The notes: generated by a model from the letters alone, not told the origin. Counted from the first letter of the stretch, positions 54,404 through 63,003 are shown. The stretch: DNA of 64,000 nucleotides from an uncultured Nitrospiraceae bacterium (GCA_947085205.1 CAMTVO010000014.1:17946-81945); one strand, 5' to 3'. Program-made: numbers and translations.

Positions 54404-55462
54404 CTAAACTCCTTTACTCTTTAACTTATACACATTTGCCAGTATGGTTGCCACTGCCCTGTAAAGCATTTCCGGAATCTCCTGACCTATATTCAACTTA
54501 AACAATGTTCTTGCGAGAGGCTTGTCCTCAAATACAGGAACACCGCTCTTTTGCGCAATCTCCTTTATCTTTTCTGCAATAAGATTTGCGCCCTTTGCAA
54601 CAATCGTGGGCGCGCCCATCTTAGGTGAATCGTATTTTAAGGCGACTGCAAAGTGCGTAGGGTTTGTTATAACCACATCCGCCTTTGGAACCTCCTGCAT
54701 CATCCTTTTCCTCGCCATCTCTTTCTGCAGGCTCTTTATCCTTGCCTTAACGATCGGGTTGCCTTCCACTTCTTTGTATTCTTCTTTTATTTCTTGTTTG
54801 GTCATTCTCAGGTTCCGGTTATACTGCCATCTCTGATAAGCAAAATCCGCTACAGCAAAAACGGTCAGGACAACAGCCGAGATGAGCAGAAGCTTTCGTA
54901 TCTGGTTAAATGAAAATCCGGTAATAGCCTGTATATCCATATCGACAAGGAGCGGCAGGTTCGCAAGCTCCTTTTTAATTAGCAGATACAGTATCAGACC
55001 GAGGACAATAACCTTTAATACTCCTTTTAGGGCTTCAAAGACCGTATTAAGCGCGAAAAATCTCTTAATACCCTTGATTGGACTAATCTTTTTAAGATCC
55101 GGACTCAACGGCGCAGCAGATATTAAAAAGCCTGTCTGGAGGAAATGTACAATGGCAATGACCAGCAGCATAGTTCCCAGAAGAGGCGCCATCATTGCTA
55201 CTACCTGAAAGGTATCGGCCTTGATTACATTTACAAAAGAAACCTCGTTCAATGAAATCTCAAATCCGCGCTTTAACGAAGCCCTCATGTAAGTCAGAAG
55301 TGTCGTGAACATAACACCGCCGAATGAGAAGTATAAAAAAACCACCCATAAAGGAACTATCCCGGTGAATTCCCTACTTCTCGGAATTTCGCCTTTTTCT
55401 CTTGCCTTCTGACGCTTTCGCGGCGTCGCTTGTTCCGTTTTCTCTTCAAACTGCTCAGGCAT
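54404..55462 (-). CDS. flhB: Flagellar export switch protein FlhB
   Basis: EKTEQATPRKRQKAREKGE N-terminus and NPTH autocleavage motif (VITNPTHFAVAL). Confidence 0.95.
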   Translation of the reverse strand: MPEQFEEKTEQATPRKRQKAREKGEIPRSREFTGIVPLWVVFLYFSFGGVMFTTLLTYMRASLKRGFEISLNEVSFVNVIKADTFQVVAMMAPLLGTMLLVIAIVHFLQTGFLISAAPLSPDLKKISPIKGIKRFFALNTVFEALKGVLKVIVLGLILYLLIKKELANLPLLVDMDIQAITGFSFNQIRKLLLISAVVLTVFAVADFAYQRWQYNRNLRMTKQEIKEEYKEVEGNPIVKARIKSLQKEMARKRMMQEVPKADVVITNPTHFAVALKYDSPKMGAPTIVAKGANLIAEKIKEIAQKSGVPVFEDKPLARTLFKLNIGQEIPEMLYRAVATILANVYKLKSKGV

Positions 55463-55465
55463 CGG

Positions 55466-56215
55466 TTACCTCGCCAAGCCTATGGTAAATACCATTATCG
55501 CGTCCTTCACATTTATAAAGGCCTTTGAAACAACCATTATTACAAGCGGCAATGACAATGCCATAAAAATAATCCCTCCGGCAATAAGCAGTGGAAAACT
55601 TATAAAGAATATGTTCGCCTGCGGCAATGCCCTCGAAAGAAAACCCAGCGCAAGATTAATCAGCGCCTGCACAAGGATTACCGGCGCCGCTATCTTAAAA
55701 GCAAGCGGGAAGAAAATGGAGTTGAGTTTTATAATCGAATCGAATATGCCGGTATACTGAATGCTTCCTATATCAAAGCTCCGCACAATGCCATCGATAA
55801 AATAATGATGCATATCGAGGACAAAAAATATCCCCATTGCAAAAAGGCTGTAGAAAAGACTAAGAGGACCAAGCTGCTCTCCAAACATAGGATTGAAAAC
55901 AGCAGCCATACCGAGTCCCATCGCCAAGCTCATCCACTGTGCGGCCATTTCGACAGCGCCGAGGATTATCCTCGCAGTCAAACCTATAGCGGAGCCTATA
56001 TAAAAAGCCTCAAAGACAGACCTCACAGGATTATCCGTATTCACATTCACAACAGGCAAAAGAAGCAATGTAAGCGCAATTGCAAGAGCAGCCCTTACCA
56101 TAACAGGCGTCATCCTTGCGCCGATAAAAGGGATAAATGAAAGCATAACAGCGATCCTTATGAATATCGGGATAAACTTTTCAGAATATGTGGTTATCAG
56201 GTTATAAAGTTCCAT
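55466..56215 (-). CDS. fliR: Flagellar export gate protein FliR
   Basis: Polytopic, ~250 aa, FliR-like pattern, located between flhB and fliQ. Confidence 0.9.
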   Translation of the reverse strand: MELYNLITTYSEKFIPIFIRIAVMLSFIPFIGARMTPVMVRAALAIALTLLLLPVVNVNTDNPVRSVFEAFYIGSAIGLTARIILGAVEMAAQWMSLAMGLGMAAVFNPMFGEQLGPLSLFYSLFAMGIFFVLDMHHYFIDGIVRSFDIGSIQYTGIFDSIIKLNSIFFPLAFKIAAPVILVQALINLALGFLSRALPQANIFFISFPLLIAGGIIFMALSLPLVIMVVSKAFINVKDAIMVFTIGLAR

Positions 56216-56223
56216 ACCATTAG

Positions 56224-56299
56224 TTTATAGTTCATAGCTATCTTTATAGTGTTTATTTTTATCTTTACCATGAGCAATGAGCCATCAGCCATGAGCTAT
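56224..56299. repeat. Inverted CATAGCT/CATGAGC-type arrays, fliR|fliQ spacer
   Basis: Arms at 56224-56249 and 56268-56299. Confidence 0.8.
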
Positions 56300-56302
56300 T
56301 AT

Positions 56303-56572
56303 TCACCTCACATACATCGGTATGTTCTCGAATATGCTCCTCGTAAATCCGACCAGCACCTTAACCATCCAGGGCAGCGCCACCAGCAGCGTCACAAAAA
56401 CTGCTATTATCTTAGGCACAAAGGTCATAGTCATCTCCTGAAGCTGTGTGATTGCCTGAAAAATGCTTATCACCATTCCGACAATAAGGCTGACAAGCAA
56501 TACAGGGCCTCCGACCAGCAGGATAGTCTCGAAGGTCTGCCTTGATACCTGATTTAATAATTCCATTGTCAT
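56303..56572 (-). CDS. fliQ: Flagellar export gate protein FliQ
   Basis: The 89-aa product from ATG 56572 (MTMELLNQV...) matches FliQ length and pattern (SLIVGMVISIFQA.TQLQE.T..FVPK). ATGA overlap with the fliP stop. Confidence 0.9.
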   Translation of the reverse strand: MTMELLNQVSRQTFETILLVGGPVLLVSLIVGMVISIFQAITQLQEMTMTFVPKIIAVFVTLLVALPWMVKVLVGFTRSIFENIPMYVR

Positions 56573-57663
56573 CTGACGAACCCTCCGATAAGCGAACCTA
56601 TCAATAAATCCCATCCGTCCACAAGTACGAACAGGAGCAATTTAAAGGGCATGGAAATCATAATGGGCGGAAGCATCATCATACCCATCGAAAGAAGGAT
56701 ACTCGCTACAATCATATCGATTACAAGAAATGGAAGAAAAATAAGAAAGCCTATTTCGAATGCCCTTTTCAGTTCTCCTATGGAGAATGCCGGAATAACA
56801 ACCCTCATTGGAAGATCCATCGGTGTTGCAGGCCTCTCAAGCTTCGACATCCTTAAAAAAAGCGCAAGGTCTTTTTCCCTCGTCTGCTTCAGCATGAACT
56901 CCTTCAAGGGGACTCCGGCCCTGTTAAGCGCCTCCTCAGCATTTATCTGCTTTTTTGTATAAGGCTGGTAGGCATCGGTGTAGATTCTGTCTACAACCGG
57001 AGACATGATAAAAAGGGTAATAAAAAGCGACAGGCCTATTATTACCTGTGTGGGAGGAACCTGCGGTGTTCCGAGCGCCTGCCTAAGAAACGAGAGCACA
57101 ACCACTATCCTTGTAAAACATGTAGTCATAACAAGAATTGCAGGCAGTATGGAAATCAGCGTAAGAAACAAAAGGAGTTCGAGCGGAGTCGTTAATCCCA
57201 AAAAGCTGCCGCCCGCAGGCGGAGGCGGAGCAGGAGCGGCAAAAGAGAAAGAAGGCAATAGGCAATAGGCGATAGGCAGAAAAGTAACGAGTAACGAGTA
57301 CCGGGTAACGAGTTTTTTCAAATTTTGAATCTTTGATTTAAAATCTTTTATTCCTGACTCCTGACTCCTGACTCCTAACTCTTGCTTTAAAGCTTCTTCC
57401 ACGTCCGATGGGTTAGGCTTGCTGAGAAGGGATATGCTTTCATCCGCAACGCCCAATACAAGATATTCTTTTAAGACCTTGACTATTGCAACTCCCTTTT
57501 TAGGACCAAAAGGCTGGTATTGAATAATTTCTATCATTCCCTTTTGGGGTAATATCCTCTGTTTCAAAAATCTCAGAAGCAGATACAGACCCCCTAAAAC
57601 TATCAAAAGTGCAAGTGTAACTTTTATTAATTCAATGCCCAAGTTTTCCTCCCAATACTCCAT
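56569..57663 (-). CDS. fliP: FliO-like domain fused in frame to flagellar export gate protein FliP
   Basis: aa 1-~95: single TM helix plus a FliO-like segment (GMIEIIQYQPFGPKKGVAIVKVLKEYLVLGV). aa ~115-364: FliP (signal-like LVTFLPIAYCLLPSFSFA, then TCFTRIVVVLSFLRQALG, PPTQV, MLPP). No stop codon between the two parts. Confidence 0.85.
   Translation of the reverse strand: MEYWEENLGIELIKVTLALLIVLGGLYLLLRFLKQRILPQKGMIEIIQYQPFGPKKGVAIVKVLKEYLVLGVADESISLLSKPNPSDVEEALKQELGVRSQESGIKDFKSKIQNLKKLVTRYSLLVTFLPIAYCLLPSFSFAAPAPPPPAGGSFLGLTTPLELLLFLTLISILPAILVMTTCFTRIVVVLSFLRQALGTPQVPPTQVIIGLSLFITLFIMSPVVDRIYTDAYQPYTKKQINAEEALNRAGVPLKEFMLKQTREKDLALFLRMSKLERPATPMDLPMRVVIPAFSIGELKRAFEIGFLIFLPFLVIDMIVASILLSMGMMMLPPIMISMPFKLLLFVLVDGWDLLIGSLIGGFVR
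57253..57381. repeat. Three arrays (AGGCAAT-type x4; GTAACGA-type x4; CTGACTC x3 + CTAACTC) forming the FliO-FliP junction
   Basis: Arrays at 57253-57280, 57284-57312 and 57354-57381. Confidence 0.9.
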
Positions 57664-57673
57664 TGCTCCATCA

Positions 57674-58003
57674 CTATCTCAATTGCCTTACTCTTTCTGT
57701 AGGGCTGACAATATCCGTAAGTCTTATGCCGAACTTCTCGTTTACAACAACAACCTCTCCCCTGCCTATAAGCCTGTCGTTAACATATACCTCCATCGGC
57801 TCGCCGGCAAGTTTTTCAAGGGCGATAACAGATCCCTGTCCTAACTGGAGAAGTTCCTGAACTAAAATCTTCGTTCTGCCGATAACTACTGTAAGCTCCA
57901 GAGGGACATCAAGGATAAAATTTATGTCCCTCTGCGCCACCTGAGGCGACTGCGATTCTCCCTGAAATTCCTGCACATCCAAATTTTTAACCTCGTCTGC
58001 CAT
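57674..58003 (-). CDS. fliN: Flagellar motor switch protein FliN
   Basis: C-terminal SpoA domain (LDVPLELTVVIGRT.I.V.ELL.L..GSVI.L). SD GGAGG. Confidence 0.9.
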   Translation of the reverse strand: MADEVKNLDVQEFQGESQSPQVAQRDINFILDVPLELTVVIGRTKILVQELLQLGQGSVIALEKLAGEPMEVYVNDRLIGRGEVVVVNEKFGIRLTDIVSPTERVRQLR

Positions 58004-58020
58004 TTTATTCCTCCAATTTG

Positions 58021-58096
58021 GCTGTTAGCTCATTATTCATCGCTCATGGCTTAAAGTTTTTTATACTCTTTTTTTTGCTATGAGCTATGAGCTATG
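58021..58096. repeat. Inverted GCTCAT-type vs GCTATGA-type arrays, fliN|fliM spacer
   Basis: Arms at 58021-58050 and 58077-58096. The right arm contains the fliM stop. Confidence 0.85.
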
Positions 58097-59054
58097 TTAC
58101 CTTTGTTATTTTTAATGCATACGAGCCTTTATAAATGCCAAACCTGCCTTTAAACTTCGGCGTTTCCTCGGCAAGTATATCTATATCCTCATCCACCCTT
58201 TTATCGAGAGTTATTACATCACCGACTTTCAAATCGATTACATCCTGAACAGTAACCTTTGAGGCGCCGAGATTGCCTGTCAAGATGAGCGGAATCCCTC
58301 TCAGCCTTTCCTTCAGTCTCTCGAGCCATTTTATGTCCAACTCATCCCTGTCTGCGGAAAATGCGCTGTAAAGTTTTTCTTTAATAGGCTCTACAGTGCC
58401 GTATGGAATACAAAGAAACGCCCTGCACTGCTTGCCTTCTATTTCAAGCACAAATTCAACCTTTATCACGACATCAACCGGTGTCACGATAGTCACGAAC
58501 TGCGGGTTCATCTCAGAGCGTACATATGTAGGAACTATCGGATAGACAGGTTTCCATGCCTCTTCCATATCGCTGAAAAACATCATTACGACCTTGTATA
58601 TTATCTTCTGCTCTATGGGCGTAAACTCCCTTCCCTCAGGCTTGTAATAGCTTTTACCGGTACCGCCAAAGAAGAATTCGATAAGACTGAAAATCATCGG
58701 GGCATCAAACACCAGAAGACCGAATCCCCTAAGGGGCTCCATCTTGAATACATTAATGCTCGAAGGGAAAGGAACTCCACGCATAAAATCATAGAATTTC
58801 GTGATACTGACATTCACATTCGTTACATCAACCATGCGCCTGACAGCGGCAGACAGGGAAAGGCGGAAATTCCTGGCAAGCCTTTCATTAGCGATGTCCA
58901 GCGAAGGCATCCTGCCCCTGACAATCTTTTCCTGTCCGGTAAAGTCATAGGGTTTTACGCCGGAGACCTCTTCTACTTTTTCTGTCTCTACAGCGCCTTC
59001 AGATATGCCTTTTAGCAGCGCATCAACTTCTTCTTGCGAAAGGATATCTTCCAA
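58092..59054 (-). CDS. fliM: Flagellar motor switch protein FliM
   Basis: N-terminal CheY-P binding motif LSQEEVDALL and a FliM middle domain. TTG start with SD GGAGG 6 nt upstream. Confidence 0.95.
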   Translation of the reverse strand: MEDILSQEEVDALLKGISEGAVETEKVEEVSGVKPYDFTGQEKIVRGRMPSLDIANERLARNFRLSLSAAVRRMVDVTNVNVSITKFYDFMRGVPFPSSINVFKMEPLRGFGLLVFDAPMIFSLIEFFFGGTGKSYYKPEGREFTPIEQKIIYKVVMMFFSDMEEAWKPVYPIVPTYVRSEMNPQFVTIVTPVDVVIKVEFVLEIEGKQCRAFLCIPYGTVEPIKEKLYSAFSADRDELDIKWLERLKERLRGIPLILTGNLGASKVTVQDVIDLKVGDVITLDKRVDEDIDILAEETPKFKGRFGIYKGSYALKITKVT

Positions 59055-59070
59055 TTAAACCTCCAAATCA

Positions 59071-59141
59071 GGCTATAGGCAAGAGGCCATAGGCTATAGG
59101 GAGTGTTAAGAAATTCTCTTCTTGCCTATTGCCAATTGCCT
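59071..59141. repeat. Inverted ATAGGC-type arrays, fliM|fliL spacer
   Basis: Arms at 59071-59100 and 59121-59141. Confidence 0.85.
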
Positions 59142-59145
59142 GTTC

Positions 59146-59637
59146 TTACTGCATTACAAAGTCTGTAAGATAGACATTTTTTACAGAGCTTTCTCCCAGT
59201 ATTTGGTTAATCCTTATATTTATCTCATCTTTAAGCTGCAGCTTGCCCTCAGGAGAAATAAGCGCATCAGATGTCTTAGCAGTAAGAAGCGTAATAATCG
59301 CATCCCTTATTTGAGGGCTCTTTGTCTTTGCCTTTTCCATAACCGCAGGTCCTGCAAGCTCAAGCTGCAAAGATAACTTTAAAAATCTTGTCCCTGCAGG
59401 GTCGCTGAGGTTGACAACAAACGGCTCAAGGGCAAATGTCACTCCCTCTTCAGCCTTTGCTGCTTCTTTTTTATCAGCTTTATCCCCGTATTTTGTAAAA
59501 AAGAAGAACGCTCCTGCGCCGCCGGCAATCACAGCAACTGCAATAATGATAATCAGAATCAAATTCTTTCCCTTTTTCTTTTTAGTCTCCTGTCCCTCTT
59601 CTTCCCCTTCTAACATCTTTTCTTTTTCATCAATCAT
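59146..59637 (-). CDS. fliL: Flagellar basal body-associated protein FliL
   Basis: Single TM helix, then the FliL pattern (FALEPFVVNL....G.RFLK..L.LE). SD AGGAGGG. Confidence 0.85.
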   Translation of the reverse strand: MIDEKEKMLEGEEEGQETKKKKGKNLILIIIIAVAVIAGGAGAFFFFTKYGDKADKKEAAKAEEGVTFALEPFVVNLSDPAGTRFLKLSLQLELAGPAVMEKAKTKSPQIRDAIITLLTAKTSDALISPEGKLQLKDEINIRINQILGESSVKNVYLTDFVMQ

Positions 59638-59664
59638 AGAAACCCTCCTGTAATTAGTTCGTAA

Positions 59665-59695
59665 ACCCCGTTAGAAAAAAACTTTCTAACGGGGT
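59665..59695 (-). promoter_or_regulatory. 13-bp perfect hairpin in the predicted fliL 5' UTR
   Basis: ACCCCGTTAGAAA / TTTCTAACGGGGT with a 5-nt loop. It lies 28 nt upstream of ATG 59637, with no trailing U-run on the minus strand. Confidence 0.4.
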
Positions 59696-59725
59696 AAAAA
59701 TAAATTGTGAACGGTGAACTACATT

Positions 59726-59740
59726 TCAAAGAATGTGCCA
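59726..59740 (-). promoter_or_regulatory. Sigma54-like promoter candidate upstream of fliL
   Basis: Minus strand reads TGGCAC-attct-TTGAA. The -24 element is perfect, but the -12 element is GA instead of GC. It lies ~90 nt upstream of ATG 59637 and downstream of the flgE terminator. Confidence 0.45.
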
Positions 59741-59782
59741 AGAAATAACTATTTGAATTACAATCGATTTTAAAGAGATGGG

Positions 59783-59833
59783 TCAAAAACTTGACGGTTA
59801 GATGCCTATGTCAAGGCATCTAACCGTCAAGTT
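59783..59833 (-). terminator. Rho-independent terminator after flgE
   Basis: Perfect 20-bp stem (AACTTGACGGTTAGATGCCT / AGGCATCTAACCGTCAAGTT) with a 6-nt loop. On the minus strand its last two stem T residues run directly into three further T residues (five consecutive T in total). Confidence 0.75.
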
Positions 59834-59888
59834 ATCAACTATGAACAGTGAGTTCTAAATTAAATTTAACCTAAGGCAAAAAGACTGG

Positions 59889-59911
59889 ATTCCCCGATTA
59901 AATCGGGGAAT
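59889..59911. other. Perfect 10-11 bp hairpin ATTCCCCGAT(T)/(A)ATCGGGGAAT in the flgE-fliL spacer
   Basis: Inverted repeat seen directly. On the minus strand it is followed by ccagtcTTTTT. Confidence 0.4.
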
Positions 59912-59965
59912 GACAAAGTATAAGAATCGCTCAATTTAGGTTTAAGCCATAAGCTATGAGCTATT

Positions 59966-61654
59966 TTACCTCTTTATCGCCATCAGCTCATTCAACAAAT
60001 CATCTGTGGTTGTAATAACCCTCGTATTCGCCTGAAAGCCCCTCTGATACGCAATCATCTTCACAAACTCTTCTGCAAGGTCAACATTGGATGTCTCGAG
60101 AGAACCAGCCATAACCCTTCCCCTTCCCGATGTATTAGGAGAGCCTATGATCGGACTGCCTGAAGCAGCCGATTCAGTATAAAGGTTTCTTCCCTGTTTT
60201 GAAAGCTGGGTGGAGGCTATAAACCTTGCAAGATAAATCTCTGCAATCTTTAATGTCTGTCCGTTGGTAAATGAGCCGACCATCGTGCCTGTATTATCAA
60301 TTATAAGGCTCTTCAAACTTCCTGATGAATATCCGTCCTGTTGCTGGAATATGACAGAGGAGGCAGAGCCATATTGGGTAGTCTTATCCTGACCGCTTCC
60401 GCCTGCTGATGTGCCTGTTCCGAAGTCAAAGCTTATCGCCTGCCCCTGTGTCACGCCTCCTGCAAAGTCAAATGCCTGGCCCGTTGTCTGTCCATACTGC
60501 TGAATATCTCTGACAAGCTTTCCGTTTGTGTCGAACTCAAGATAGCCCTGCCCTCCAACCTGTATCTGCCCTTGAGTACTGTCTGCAGACTGTGTAATAG
60601 CATACCAGTGCCATCTGTTTCCTGTGGTTGTCTCTGCGCCGGCGCCATCGAGGTCAACAGATTCAGCGGTCTTTCTAAAATATACGGTAACAAGATGTCC
60701 GTAACCGAGTGAGTCATAAACAGTGATCGATGTAGTAAAATCAGATGTATTTGCTGCATTCAGAGGGTCGAACCCTACTGCTGCATAATCAGCCGTAAAT
60801 GAAGCGGCTGCCGCAGAAGGTCTAACAGACCTGAAACCCAGGATCTGTTCTATTGTTGTGTTTGTGTCTGCCAATTCAGGAGTAAAAGCGCCGGCAGCTT
60901 TGGATATTACAAATTTCGGAGGTCTGCCATCAGTGCCGGCCGTATAGCCAACAGTAAAATTCCTATCAGCTAAAGGTATCGGCTCAGCATTCAGGGCGCC
61001 TTGAACTGCAGTTGCAAGTCCTGAACCATCGTAAGTGCCTGTAGCAATACTTACAGTATAATCGGTCCCTCCTATGTCAACCACGAGGGTTCTATTCGAT
61101 GCGTCGATAGTAAATGAATCTGCAGTTCCTGAAAGAGGGTCTTTGGAGGTTGTAGCTGAATTAAGGTTCGCTGATACCTCAACATTAGCGGTCTGCTTTG
61201 GCGGGCTGTTAAGAGATGCTATATTTATAGTGCTTACCTGCCCAGCCTGAGTTCCTGTCAACAGTTTGCCTTGCAAGCGCAATCCATCGGGATTGACAAT
61301 ATTGCCGCTGCTGTCAAGATTAAACTGACCTGCCCTCGTGTAGTACTGGGCACCGGAAATGTCCGTCAGAATAAAAAATCCGTCTCCCTCTATTGCCATA
61401 TCGAGCGGATTGGACGAACTCTCGAGGCTCCCCTGATTAAATATCGCCTGAACATTACTGATGAATGTGCCCCTTCCTACCTGAAAGGCAGCTCCGCCTC
61501 CTAAAGAAGAGCTCAAAACATCCGCAAATACAGTCCTGCTGCCTTTAAACCCGATGGTATTTGAGTTTGCTATATTGTCGCCTACAACAGAAAGCGCCTG
61601 TCCGTTTGTGCTAAGTCCACTTACTCCTGTAAAAAGTGATGTCAACATTCCCAT
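59966..61654 (-). CDS. flgE: Flagellar hook protein FlgE (562 aa, long variant)
   Basis: N-terminal GDNIANSNTIGFK, DGFF, YTRAG.F. C-terminal SNVDLAEEFVKMIAYQRGFQAN. SD AAGGAGG. Confidence 0.9.
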   Translation of the reverse strand: MGMLTSLFTGVSGLSTNGQALSVVGDNIANSNTIGFKGSRTVFADVLSSSLGGGAAFQVGRGTFISNVQAIFNQGSLESSSNPLDMAIEGDGFFILTDISGAQYYTRAGQFNLDSSGNIVNPDGLRLQGKLLTGTQAGQVSTINIASLNSPPKQTANVEVSANLNSATTSKDPLSGTADSFTIDASNRTLVVDIGGTDYTVSIATGTYDGSGLATAVQGALNAEPIPLADRNFTVGYTAGTDGRPPKFVISKAAGAFTPELADTNTTIEQILGFRSVRPSAAAASFTADYAAVGFDPLNAANTSDFTTSITVYDSLGYGHLVTVYFRKTAESVDLDGAGAETTTGNRWHWYAITQSADSTQGQIQVGGQGYLEFDTNGKLVRDIQQYGQTTGQAFDFAGGVTQGQAISFDFGTGTSAGGSGQDKTTQYGSASSVIFQQQDGYSSGSLKSLIIDNTGTMVGSFTNGQTLKIAEIYLARFIASTQLSKQGRNLYTESAASGSPIIGSPNTSGRGRVMAGSLETSNVDLAEEFVKMIAYQRGFQANTRVITTTDDLLNELMAIKR

Positions 61655-61675
61655 AGTAAAACCCTCCTTATTGTG

Positions 61676-62992
61676 TTAGATATTTATCAGTTTATCGAGC
61701 ATTTCTTTTGCTGTCGACATGACCATACCATTGGCCTGAAATGCCCTCTGCATCATTATCATGGTAATAAACTCCTCTGCTAAATCAATATTGCTCATTT
61801 CAAGGGAGTTCGCAAAAACATTTCCCGCGCCTCCGGTTCCAGCCGCTGCAATTGTCTGCTGCCCGGAGAATGAAGACTCGGCAAACAGATTATCTCCCCT
61901 TTTAGTAAGCTCGGTAGGCGCGCCGAATTTTGCAAGCGCGAGTTGGGCAACGGCTTTATCCTGTCCGTTTGAGTATTTGCCGTAAAGTATGCCGCTCTGA
62001 GCCAATCTAAAGCTTACAAGACCGCCCTCAGGATAGCCGTCGACTTTTTGAAATACGGTAGAATATGGAGAACCATATTGTGCAGAACCGGTAAAATCTA
62101 TGGTTACCGGCTGAGAAGTTGCCGCATTCCATGCAGGGTCCCATGTCAGTGTAACGCTTGCAGGGGCTGTGGGACTTGTGAGATTGCCGCTTGTATCAAA
62201 TGCAAGGCTTATTATCTGCTCTCGATAATCGACGATGGTTTTACCGGCATTCCATATTATATGGGCATCCCATGCTGCGCCGACATCAGGGGTAATGCTT
62301 GTCTTTTTAAAATATATCTCCACAGGATGGGCATTGCCTGCACTGTCATAAACACTCATTGCAGCGCTGTAGTTATAAGTGTTCGCCGCAGGCCCCTTTG
62401 TAGTATTTAGAGGGTCCAGAAGGGTTCCAGACGCAAAAATAGGTTCATTCGGGTCTGCATTTAGGTTCAACTGAATTTCTGCCGCAGATGTTGGCCTGGC
62501 ATTCATTACAGGAAGTCCCTCGGCATTCAACGGTTGCATCTGTATATCGCCGAGAGTTTGCGTAATATTGCCTGCGCTGTCTGCCTGATACGCCTGAAGC
62601 CTCAACCCGTCAGGGTTTACCAAGTACAATCTCCTATCAAAGCCGAACTGTCCCGCCCTTGTATAAAATAGATTTCCTGCCGCCCCTGTAACCGCATCGA
62701 ACTCCCTGACCATAAAAAATCCGTCTCCGTCGATTGCAAAATCGAGCGGATTATTAGTGGGCTGAAAAGCGCCCTGTGTAAACATGGTTCTCACCTCATT
62801 TGGCCTCACGCCTCTTCCCACCTGCCTCGATGCGTCTTCCCCAAGAGATGCGAGCACATCGCTGAATAAGGTGCGGCTGCCTTTGAAGCCTATAGTGTTT
62901 GTATTGGCTACATTGTTGCCTATAACAGACATGCCGAATGAGGTTGTATTAAGACCGCTTACACTTGTGTATATCGCTGATGACAGACTCAA
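61676..62992 (-). CDS. Second hook-protein paralogue (FlgE-like, 438 aa)
   Basis: GNNVANTNTIGFK, DGFF, YTRAGQF. C-terminal SNIDLAEEFITMIMMQRAFQAN. TTG start with SD GGGAGG. Confidence 0.85.
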   Translation of the reverse strand: MSLSSAIYTSVSGLNTTSFGMSVIGNNVANTNTIGFKGSRTLFSDVLASLGEDASRQVGRGVRPNEVRTMFTQGAFQPTNNPLDFAIDGDGFFMVREFDAVTGAAGNLFYTRAGQFGFDRRLYLVNPDGLRLQAYQADSAGNITQTLGDIQMQPLNAEGLPVMNARPTSAAEIQLNLNADPNEPIFASGTLLDPLNTTKGPAANTYNYSAAMSVYDSAGNAHPVEIYFKKTSITPDVGAAWDAHIIWNAGKTIVDYREQIISLAFDTSGNLTSPTAPASVTLTWDPAWNAATSQPVTIDFTGSAQYGSPYSTVFQKVDGYPEGGLVSFRLAQSGILYGKYSNGQDKAVAQLALAKFGAPTELTKRGDNLFAESSFSGQQTIAAAGTGGAGNVFANSLEMSNIDLAEEFITMIMMQRAFQANGMVMSTAKEMLDKLINI

Positions 62993-63003
62993 GATAAACC
63001 TCC

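Noticed and set aside
56573-56614. 14-codon N-terminal extension of fliQ in the ORF track (103 aa)
   Set aside because: The ATG at 56572 gives the canonical 89-aa FliQ and forms an ATGA overlap with the fliP stop. The extension lies inside fliP coding sequence.
759-59964. Whether the short tandem repeats could be CRISPR arrays or minisatellite assembly artefacts
   Set aside because: Units are 7-8 nt with no unique spacers, and no cas genes are present, so they are not CRISPR. The arrays are embedded in intact reading frames with sensible protein context, which argues against random assembly artefacts. Long-read confirmation is still desirable.
59638-59965. A tRNA, small CDS or mobile-element remnant in the largest spacer
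   Set aside because: There is no cloverleaf-compatible arrangement of stems and no ORF of useful length. The content is better explained as terminator plus promoter plus leader hairpin.
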